Of a DNA stretch of 17,014 bases, positions 7,730-14,527 are shown piece by piece. This stretch comes from a bacterium (GTDB lineage: Bacteria > Hydrothermota > Tepidihabitantia > Tepidihabitantales > Tepidihabitantaceae): positions 1-17,014 of the forward strand of contig JAWOHE010000075.1 of the NCBI GenBank assembly GCA_046485285.1, read 5' to 3'. The notes under the pieces were generated by a model, which was not told the origin of the DNA, made no database searches, and saw nothing but the letters and a program-made list of their open reading frames with translations. Each line of letters begins with the position of its first letter. Position 1 is the first letter of the stretch. The position numbers and the translations under genes were made by a program.

Positions 7730-8395
7730 ATGCCGCCCCGCCTCCGCCTCGACGCCGAGCGCTCGCTCGAAATCTCGCTCGCCCGGCTCTCGCCCCGCAT
7801 CGGCTGCGGCCTGATGCTCGGCGGCCTGCCCGGGCTCGGCGGCCCGGAGCCGCTGCTCAACATAATGGAGAACTATGGCTACGGCCGCCTCGCCGCGGAC
7901 AAGCCCGGCCGCAAGGTAGTCGAGAACAGCTCCCTGCTCAAGACCTTCCACGAGAACGCCTTCATCCAGAAACTGCCCATCCGCCGCAACTTCCAGCAGG
8001 TCTACGGCCAGCGCGATGTCCTGCTCGCCCTCGACGAGCGCGAGAAGCGGGCCTGGTTCGTCGGCGACCCCCAGAACCGCCTCGTCCTCGCCAACTACCA
8101 CCGCGACTCGCTCGCGCTCGGGCTCAAGCCCCACGGCGTCGCACTCGTCGGCTCGATGGTCCGGCTCTCGGCCGTCGGCTGGCAAAACCTCGCCGAGCTC
8201 CTCGACGACAGGTTCCTCGACGCCCACCCCGAAGTCCAACGGGTGGAGGTGCTGACCGTGATTACCGGCGTCCGCTGGCGCCCGCCCTGCCTCGGCATCG
8301 GCGCGTCGTTCCTCAATTTCCAGGAACTCGAGAAGGTCAGCCGGGCGGCCGCGGCCGTCCTCCGCGGCGAGGCCGGCGGCGAAATCCCGGGCTGA
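7730..8395 (+). CDS. Hypothetical protein (221 aa)
   Basis: Protein-like composition, GC-rich third codon positions, fills the gap between co-oriented genes. No family recognised. Confidence 0.75.
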   Translation: MPPRLRLDAERSLEISLARLSPRIGCGLMLGGLPGLGGPEPLLNIMENYGYGRLAADKPGRKVVENSSLLKTFHENAFIQKLPIRRNFQQVYGQRDVLLALDEREKRAWFVGDPQNRLVLANYHRDSLALGLKPHGVALVGSMVRLSAVGWQNLAELLDDRFLDAHPEVQRVEVLTVITGVRWRPPCLGIGASFLNFQELEKVSRAAAAVLRGEAGGEIPG

Positions 8396-8401
8396 CGGCG
8401 A

Positions 8402-8508
8402 GACGAAGGAACCGGGGGACAAAGGGATGAAGGGAGGAAGGGGCAAAACCTCCCCTTCCGCTTCCTCCCCTTCCTGTTCTCGCCCTTCCGCTCCTCCCCC
8501 TTCCGCCT
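8402..8508. repeat. Purine-rich 8-mer tandem (GAnnAAGG) followed by a complementary pyrimidine-rich tract
   Basis: GACGAAGG AACCGGGG GACAAAGG GATGAAGG GAGGAAGG (8402-8441), then CCTTCC-rich units at 8449-8508. Confidence 0.65.
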
Positions 8509-10283
8509 GCGGCTTCCCGGCGGCCCGGGCCCGGGCCGCCGGGCTTCTCGTGCCGTTGTGCCTGGGTTTCACCCTCGCCGCGCCTGCGACCATCGCCATT
8601 GACGAGCTCAGGCCCGGGATGACCGGCTTCGGCCTCAGCGTCTTCGCCCCCGGCGGCCGGGTCGACACCTTCGCGGTCGAGCTCGTCGACGTGATGCGCA
8701 ACGTCGCGCCCCAAAGCGACCTCATCCTCGTCCGCTGTTCCGGCCAGGGCCTGGAGCATTCCGGCATCGTCGCCGGGATGTCGGGCAGTCCCGTCTACTT
8801 CGAGGGCCGCCTCGCCGGCGCGCTGGCCTACGGCTGGGGCTTTGCCAAGGACCCGGTCGGCGGCGTCACGCCGATAGCCGAGATGCTGGCGCTCCTCGAC
8901 CTGCCCGACCCGCCCCCGGCCTCCCCCCGCTCTGGCGTGCCCGGCCCGTCGCCCGGCCTGTCCGCGCGTTTCGCGCAGGCGGGCCTGCCCGCGCGTTGCG
9001 CGCAGGCGGGCCCGGCCGGCTCGCTTCCCCGGCTCCGCCTGCCGCTCGGCATTGCCGGCGGCTCGCGCGGCCTGCCCGCGCTCGCGGCCCCGCTCATCGA
9101 GGAGGCCGGCTTCCTGCCGGTCGCGGCCGGCGCGGTGCCGGGAGCCGGTCCCCGGTCGCCGGGCTCCTCGTTTGAGCCCGGTTCCGCGGTCTGCGTCCTG
9201 CTCGCCGACGGCGACTTCACCGCCGCCGCGGTCGGCACCGTAACCTGGGTCGAGGGCGACCGCCTGCTCGCCTTCGGCCACCCGATGTTCCAGGCCGGCC
9301 CGGCCGCGATGCCGATGGCGCCGGCCGAGGTCCACGCGGTCGTCGCCAGCTACGCCAGCTCGATCAAGCTCTTCTCGCCCGGCCCGCCGGTCGGCACGGT
9401 CGTCCAGGACCGGGCAACGGCAATCAGCGGCGTCGTCGGCCCGGCGGCGCCGATGTTCCCGGTCCGGGTGTCGCTCGCGACCCCGGGCCTCGAGCGCGAG
9501 TACCGCTACCGGGTCGCCCGGGTCGGCCCGCTCGTCCCGGTCATCGCCGCGATCGGGGTCGCCGACGTCGTCTACGCGACCGAGGGCGTCCACGAGGAGG
9601 CGACCCTCGAGGCCGACGTCCGGCTCAAGCTCGCCGGCCGCCCGGCGCTCGCGCTCCGCCACGTCTTCACCAGCCGCGCGCCGGCCGCGCTCCTCGCCGG
9701 AACGCTTGCCGACCGGCTCCGGCTCCTGCTCGAGAACCGCTTCGAGCCGGTCGAGGTCGAGAGTATCACCGTCGCGCTCGACCTCCGCCCGGGCCTCCGC
9801 CGGCTGACAATCACCGGCGCCCGGCCGTCGCGGACGACGGTCGCGCCCGGCGAAACGCTCTCGCTCTGGCTGTCACTGCGCGACGACGCGGGCCGGGCCT
9901 CGTCCCGCCGCTTCAGCGTCACCATCCCGCCGACCGCGCCCGCCGGCCGGCTCGCGCTCGCGGTCTCGTCCGCGGACAGCGCCCTGCTCCGCGACCTCTC
10001 CCGCGCCCAGGGCGCGGCCGAGCCGCGCTCGCTCGCCGAGCTCGCCGACCTGCTCGAGAAGACCGGCAACGAGGACGAGCTGGTGATTGCCGGCTACTCG
10101 TCCGCGCCCGGCCTCGCGCTCGGCACCCGCGAACTGCCCGCCGCCCCGCCGACCCTGCTCGGCCTGCTCGGCTCCGGCCGCCGCCTGCGCCTCGCGGCCG
10201 AGAGCCGGCTCTTCGTCGTGCGCGAGCGGCTCGACGGCGTGATTGCCGGCAGCCACGAAGTCCTGCTGGAGGTGAAGCGATGA
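8427..10283 (+). CDS. SpoIVB peptidase S55 domain-containing protein (probably secreted)
   Basis: ELRPGMTGFGLSVF, SGIVAGMSGSPVYFEGRLAGALAYGW, GVTPIAEM, GTVTWVEGDRLLAFGHPMF. Hydrophobic signal-like segment LLVPLCLGFTLAAPA. Start uncertain. Confidence 0.85.
   Translation: MKGGRGKTSPSASSPSCSRPSAPPPSACGFPAARARAAGLLVPLCLGFTLAAPATIAIDELRPGMTGFGLSVFAPGGRVDTFAVELVDVMRNVAPQSDLILVRCSGQGLEHSGIVAGMSGSPVYFEGRLAGALAYGWGFAKDPVGGVTPIAEMLALLDLPDPPPASPRSGVPGPSPGLSARFAQAGLPARCAQAGPAGSLPRLRLPLGIAGGSRGLPALAAPLIEEAGFLPVAAGAVPGAGPRSPGSSFEPGSAVCVLLADGDFTAAAVGTVTWVEGDRLLAFGHPMFQAGPAAMPMAPAEVHAVVASYASSIKLFSPGPPVGTVVQDRATAISGVVGPAAPMFPVRVSLATPGLEREYRYRVARVGPLVPVIAAIGVADVVYATEGVHEEATLEADVRLKLAGRPALALRHVFTSRAPAALLAGTLADRLRLLLENRFEPVEVESITVALDLRPGLRRLTITGARPSRTTVAPGETLSLWLSLRDDAGRASSRRFSVTIPPTAPAGRLALAVSSADSALLRDLSRAQGAAEPRSLAELADLLEKTGNEDELVIAGYSSAPGLALGTRELPAAPPTLLGLLGSGRRLRLAAESRLFVVRERLDGVIAGSHEVLLEVKR
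8509..8543 (+). repeat. Partial family B element (terminal hairpin) containing a perfect 28-bp palindrome
   Basis: gcggcttcccggcggc-ccgggcccgg-gccgccggg matches the family B end gcggcttcccggcggc-tctg-gccgccggg. 8516-8543 is self-complementary. Confidence 0.7.
8957..9010 (+). repeat. Tandem dimer of family A elements (copies 5 and 6), in frame in the S55 gene
   Basis: cctgtccgcgcgtttcgcgcaggcggg + cctgcccgcgcgttgcgcgcaggcggg. Peptide LSARFAQAGLPARCAQAG. Confidence 0.92.
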
Positions 10284-12367
10284 ACCTTGTCCTGCTTTCC
10301 GCGCTCGTCCTCGTCCCCGCCGCCTGGACCTCGACCGGGCTCGACCTGCTCCGCTCCGAGCGGGCTCCCCGGCTCGAGAACGTCCTCGTCGACCACGACG
10401 GCGCGATCCGTCTCTCCGCCGGCCGCGAACTGCTCGCCGAGCTGGACGCCGACGCGGTCTGGCGCCTCGCGGCCGCGCCGGGCGGCGCATGGTATGTCGG
10501 CACCGGCTCCGACGGCCGGCTCTACACGGTCGGCCGGGCCGCCCCGGTGTTCGACTCGGTCGGCGAGGGCGACCTGCTCGCGGTCGCCCCCGACGCGCGG
10601 GCGGGCGTGCTCTTCGGCCTCACGCCCGGCGGCACGGTCCACCGCCTGGCCCCCGGCCGCGCGCCCGAGCAGGTTCTCGCGACCGGCGAGGACTACGTCT
10701 TCGACCTGCTCGCCGCCCCGGGCGGCGAATTCTACGCCGCGACCGGCGCCGCCGGCCGCCTCTACCGCTTCTCCCCCGGCGGCCAGAGCCGCCGGGAAGC
10801 CGCGCCTTCGGCGCGGAGAGAAGGAGAATTCCGGCAGGATTCCGGAACGGACTCCCGGCGCGTGGCGCCGGGCGAGCTCGTCTTCACCGCGCCGCAGGCC
10901 CACATCACCTGCCTTGCCTGGCTCGAACCGGGCCGGGTCCTGCTCGCCGGCACCTCGCCCGACGGCATTGTCTACCGGCTTGATATCCCGCCCGGCCGGG
11001 CCCGCCCCGAAGTCTCGGTCCTCTACGACACGCCCTACGACGAGGTCCGCGCGCTCGCGGTCGCCGGCGCCGGCGAGGATGCGATTGTCTTCGTCGCCGC
11101 CAACGGCTCGGCCGGCGGCACGGCCGGTCCGCCGCCGCCCCGGCCCGGCGGCGGACCTGCCCGCGCCCCGGCAGGCGGGCCGGAACCCGGCGCGGTACTC
11201 TGCGTCCGCCCGAACGGCGTGCGGGACTGGCAGTGGAGCGCGCCGGAATCGGCCGTCTACGACCTCGCGGTCCGGGACGGGGAAGTCCTCGTCGCGACCG
11301 GCCGGGAAGGGCTCATCTACCGGCTCGACCGGCTCGGCCGGGCGGCCCTCTTCGCGCAACTGCCCGCCGCCCGCGTCCTCTGCCTGGTCCCGGACGGTGC
11401 CGGCCTCGTTGCCGGCACTTCGGAACCGGCCGCGGTCTTCCGCCTCCCGGCCGGCCTCGCCGCGTCGGGCAGCGTCGAGTCCGAGGTCCGCGACTGCGCC
11501 GGGCCGGCGACCTTCGGCCGCATCGAACACCGCGCGACGGTCCCCTCCGGCGCCTCGCTCGCGCTCGACACCCGGACCGGCAACTCGGAGCGGCCCGACT
11601 CGACCTGGAGCGAATGGCTGCCTGCCGACGGCACGGTCCGCTCCCGGCCCGCCCGCTTCATCCAGTGGCGCGCGCGGCTGGGTTCCAGCTTCCCCGGCCG
11701 CACCCCGACCCTCGAGCGCGTCACGATTCACTACCGGGTTCCCAACCGGCCGCCCCGGGTAACCGAACTCGCGGTCAGCGAGCCCAGCCCGGCCGAGGCC
11801 GCCCGCGGCGCCGCGAACCCGGTCCGGGAAATCACCTGGACCGCCGCGGACCCTGACGAAGACTCGCTCGCCTTCACCCTGTCCTGCCGGCCGGACGGCC
11901 TCGACCGCTGGCTCGTCCTCGCCGAGGACCTCGGCCAGCCCCGCCACGAGCTCGACACCCGACTCCTGCCCGATGGCTGGTACCGCTTCCGCGTCGAGGC
12001 GACCGACGCGCCGGCCCGGCCCGCGTCCGAGGCCGCCCGGTCCGAGGTCGTCTCGCCGCCCGCGCTGGTTGACAACACCCCGCCCCGCGTGACCGGGCTC
12101 CGGCTCGACGGCCCGCCTGCCGCGGCGCGGGCAGGCGACCGCCTGCTCTTCACCGTCACCGACGCCGCCTCGCCGCTCGCCGCCGCCCGGGTCGCGGTCA
12201 ACGCCGGGCCCTGGCAGCCGGCCCTCCCGCTCGACGGGCTGTTCGACCGGGAAGAGGAGCGGTTCGCGGTCCCGGTCTCGCTCCGGCCGGGCGCGAACCA
12301 CGTCGCGGTCTGGGCCGCGGACGCCCGCGGCAACGCCGCGAGCGCGGCCGTCACCGTCACCCGCTGA
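10280..12367 (+). CDS. Secreted beta-propeller-repeat protein with C-terminal Ig/FN3-like domains (hypothetical)
   Basis: Signal-like N-terminus. Repeated blades (YVGTGSDGRLY, YAATGAAGRLY, LAGTSPDGIVY, LVATGREGLIY). C-terminal DTRLLPDGWYRFRVEATD and VDNTPP. ATGA overlap with the S55 gene. Confidence 0.8.
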   Translation: MNLVLLSALVLVPAAWTSTGLDLLRSERAPRLENVLVDHDGAIRLSAGRELLAELDADAVWRLAAAPGGAWYVGTGSDGRLYTVGRAAPVFDSVGEGDLLAVAPDARAGVLFGLTPGGTVHRLAPGRAPEQVLATGEDYVFDLLAAPGGEFYAATGAAGRLYRFSPGGQSRREAAPSARREGEFRQDSGTDSRRVAPGELVFTAPQAHITCLAWLEPGRVLLAGTSPDGIVYRLDIPPGRARPEVSVLYDTPYDEVRALAVAGAGEDAIVFVAANGSAGGTAGPPPPRPGGGPARAPAGGPEPGAVLCVRPNGVRDWQWSAPESAVYDLAVRDGEVLVATGREGLIYRLDRLGRAALFAQLPAARVLCLVPDGAGLVAGTSEPAAVFRLPAGLAASGSVESEVRDCAGPATFGRIEHRATVPSGASLALDTRTGNSERPDSTWSEWLPADGTVRSRPARFIQWRARLGSSFPGRTPTLERVTIHYRVPNRPPRVTELAVSEPSPAEAARGAANPVREITWTAADPDEDSLAFTLSCRPDGLDRWLVLAEDLGQPRHELDTRLLPDGWYRFRVEATDAPARPASEAARSEVVSPPALVDNTPPRVTGLRLDGPPAAARAGDRLLFTVTDAASPLAAARVAVNAGPWQPALPLDGLFDREEERFAVPVSLRPGANHVAVWAADARGNAASAAVTVTR
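10774..10873 (-). mobile_element. Family B 100-nt element (copy 2, inverted), in frame in the beta-propeller gene
   Basis: Reverse complement aligns ungapped to 6013-6112 with 11 mismatches. Lies between RLYRFS and ELVFTAP, giving PGGQSRREAAPSARREGEFRQDSGTDSRRVAPG. Confidence 0.8.
11156..11179 (+). repeat. Family A palindromic element, 24-nt variant (copy 7), in frame
   Basis: cctgcccgc-gccccg-gcaggcggg. Peptide PARAPAGG. Confidence 0.85.
12112..12135 (-). repeat. Family A palindromic element, 24-nt variant (copy 8, inverted), in frame
   Basis: Reverse complement is cctgcccgc-gccgcg-gcaggcggg. Peptide PPAAARAG. Confidence 0.85.
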
Positions 12368-12370
12368 GCG

Positions 12371-12796
12371 GTGAGCGACCGGACCGGCTGGCGCAGGCTC
12401 GAGCACACCGCCGACCTGCTGGTCGAGTTCCGGGCCGCGGACCGGGCCGGTCTGTTCCGGGTCGCGGTCGACTTCCTCGCGCCGACCCTGCTCGGCCGCC
12501 CGGCCGAGCCGCGCTTACCCCGGCACGTCTCGCTCCGCTCCGCCGACCCGGCCGAGCTCTTCCTCGACTGGCTCCGCGAGCTCGCCTTCCTGCTCTCGAC
12601 CGGCTTCGTCCCGGCCCGCGTCGAAGAGCTCGATCTGTCCGGGGAAGACCGGGCCCTGCGCGCCCGGCTCGTCGGCGAGGAACTCGACCCTGCCCGCGGC
12701 CGCCTGCGCCTGGAAATCAAGGGCCCGACCTACCACGGCTTCGCCTTCGGCCCGGACGCCGGCGGCTTTCGGGCAAAGGTGCTCTTCGACGTCTAG
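12371..12796 (+). CDS. Archease
   Basis: N-terminal LEHTAD, LFLDWLRELAF, EIKGPTYH and terminal VLFDV. 141 aa, GTG start. Confidence 0.92.
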   Translation: MSDRTGWRRLEHTADLLVEFRAADRAGLFRVAVDFLAPTLLGRPAEPRLPRHVSLRSADPAELFLDWLRELAFLLSTGFVPARVEELDLSGEDRALRARLVGEELDPARGRLRLEIKGPTYHGFAFGPDAGGFRAKVLFDV

Positions 12797-12815
12797 GACC
12801 GGCTCAGGCCGGTCC
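12796..12815. terminator. Hairpin at the convergent junction of archease and the desulfurase (possible terminator or stabiliser)
   Basis: ggaccggc-tcag-gccggtcc, an 8-bp perfect stem overlapping both stop codons. No U-tract. Confidence 0.3.
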
Positions 12816-13979
12816 CGGCCGGTTCTTCCATATCGGCGAGATCGCCCGCAGTCGGCTGACGACCCGCTCGAACACCTCGAGCGTGTAGTCAACGTCCTCC
12901 GCGGTCGTCTCGCGCCCGAGCGAGAACCGGAGCGGCGAGTTGCGGAACAGCGGCGGGATATCGATCGCTTCGAGCGTCGGCGACGGTCCGCCCTCGCCCG
13001 CCGAGCAGGCCGACCCCGAGGCGAGCGCGATTCCCTCGAGGTCGAGGCTGAGCAGCAGCGCCTCACCCTCGACGTAGCCGACGCTGAAGTGGGCGGTGTT
13101 GGGCAGGCGCTTCTCCGGGTGGCCGTTCCGCCGGACCTCCGCGACTCGGGCGAGGATGCCCTGCTCGAGCCGGTCGCGGTTCGCCCGCATCCGGGCCGCG
13201 TCCTCGCGCCACTCGGCCGCGGCGAGCTCGCAGGCCCGGCCCAGCCCGACGATGCCCGCGACGTTCTCGGTCCCGGCCCGGAGCCCGCGCTCCTGGTGGC
13301 CGCCGTGAATCAGTGGGTCGATCTCGACCCCGTCCCGGATGTAGAGCGCGCCGACGCCCTTCGGCGCGTGGAGCTTGTGGCCGGAGATGGTCAGCAGGTC
13401 CACCCCCAGCGCCCGGACGTCGACCTCGATCTTGCCCGCGGCCGCGACCGCGTCGGTATGGCAGGCGACCCCGCGCTCGCGGCAGGCCACCGCTATCTCG
13501 CGCACCGGCTCGACCGTCCCGATCTCGTTGTTCGCGAGCATCACCGTGACGAGGACCGTGTCCTTCCGGAGCGCGCGCCGGACGTCATCCGGGTCGACGA
13601 GCCCGTAACCGTCAACCTTGAGCCACGAGACCTCGAAGCCCCGGCCGCCGAGATACTTGACGGACTCGAGCACCGCGCCGTGCTCGATCGGGCTTGCGAC
13701 GATGTGCCGGCCCCGGCCCTCGTGCCGGAACGCGGTGCCGATGACCGCCCAGTTGTCGGCCTCGCTGCCGCCGCCGGTGAAGTAGACCTCACCGGGCTTG
13801 GCGTTGAGGAAGCGCGCGACCTGCTCCCGGGCCTCGGCCAGCCCCTCCGCGCACTCCCGTCCGAAGCTGTGCAGGTTCGACGGGTTGCCGAACAGCTCGG
13901 CCAGGTACGGCCGCATCGCCGCCGCCACCCGGGGGTCGAGCGGCGTCGTCGAGTTATTGTCGAGGTAGACCCGTCTCAC
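12804..13979 (-). CDS. iscS: Cysteine desulfurase (IscS/NifS, group I)
   Basis: VYLDNNSTTP, FGNPSNLH, NNEIGTV, HTDAV, SGHKLHAPKGVGAL (PLP lysine), RAGTEN and SGSACS (catalytic cysteine). Confidence 0.93.
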   Translation of the reverse strand: MRRVYLDNNSTTPLDPRVAAAMRPYLAELFGNPSNLHSFGRECAEGLAEAREQVARFLNAKPGEVYFTGGGSEADNWAVIGTAFRHEGRGRHIVASPIEHGAVLESVKYLGGRGFEVSWLKVDGYGLVDPDDVRRALRKDTVLVTVMLANNEIGTVEPVREIAVACRERGVACHTDAVAAAGKIEVDVRALGVDLLTISGHKLHAPKGVGALYIRDGVEIDPLIHGGHQERGLRAGTENVAGIVGLGRACELAAAEWREDAARMRANRDRLEQGILARVAEVRRNGHPEKRLPNTAHFSVGYVEGEALLLSLDLEGIALASGSACSAGEGGPSPTLEAIDIPPLFRNSPLRFSLGRETTAEDVDYTLEVFERVVSRLRAISPIWKNRPGPA

Positions 13980-14514
13980 TGTCGGTTGCCGCCGGCGTCA
14001 CCGAATCGCCGGCCGAACCGGGCTGCGTCAACGAACCTGCGGCCCTGCGCCCGAAGAGCTCGCGCGCGAGCAGGACCCCGATCCCGACGACGAGCAGGGC
14101 GTCGGCGAGGTTGAAGGTGAACCAGCGGAATCCGAGCTGGGGCAGCCGGAAGTCGATGAAGTCTATCACCCAGCCGACCCGGGCCCGGTCGATGAGATTG
14201 CCCAGCGCGCCGGCGAGAATCATCCCGTAGGCCGCCCCGGCCCAGCGGTCGCGGTTGCGGAGCGCGAACCAGACCACCAGCCCGACGCCGACCAGCGGCA
14301 GGATGAAGTACACGAACCGCGGCCCGTAGCGCCAGCTGAACAGCCCGTGCGGGTTCCGGGCCGGCGAGATGAAGAGGTACTCGCCGAGCAGGCGGACGCT
14401 GGTCCAGTTCTCGGGCGGCCCGGTCATGTGCGCGCCCTGGACGAGGAGCTTGGTGAGCTGGTCGAGGAACAGCCCGAGTATCGCGGCCCAGGCGAAAGTG
14501 TGACGGGGAGTCAA
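13954..14514 (-). CDS. lspA: Lipoprotein signal peptidase (signal peptidase II)
   Basis: LDQLTK, GALGNLIDR, VIDFIDF and FNLAD, plus several transmembrane segments. TTG start, 26-nt overlap with the desulfurase gene. Confidence 0.93.
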   Translation of the reverse strand: MTPRHTFAWAAILGLFLDQLTKLLVQGAHMTGPPENWTSVRLLGEYLFISPARNPHGLFSWRYGPRFVYFILPLVGVGLVVWFALRNRDRWAGAAYGMILAGALGNLIDRARVGWVIDFIDFRLPQLGFRWFTFNLADALLVVGIGVLLARELFGRRAAGSLTQPGSAGDSVTPAATDSETGLPRQ

Positions 14515-14527
14515 GACCTGGCGGCGG

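Noticed and set aside
4207-7863. 1218-aa minus-strand ORF
   Set aside because: Antisense shadow of accC and the TPR gene. It is Arg/Gly/Ala-rich with no motifs, as expected at high GC.
1058-12135. Family A repeats as a CRISPR array
   Set aside because: The copies are dispersed, in both orientations, without regular spacers, and no cas genes are present.
10094-12406. 770-aa minus-strand ORF and other overlapping ORFs such as 8337-9662, 10287-11762 and 15543-16565
   Set aside because: Shadow or alternative frames over well-supported genes.
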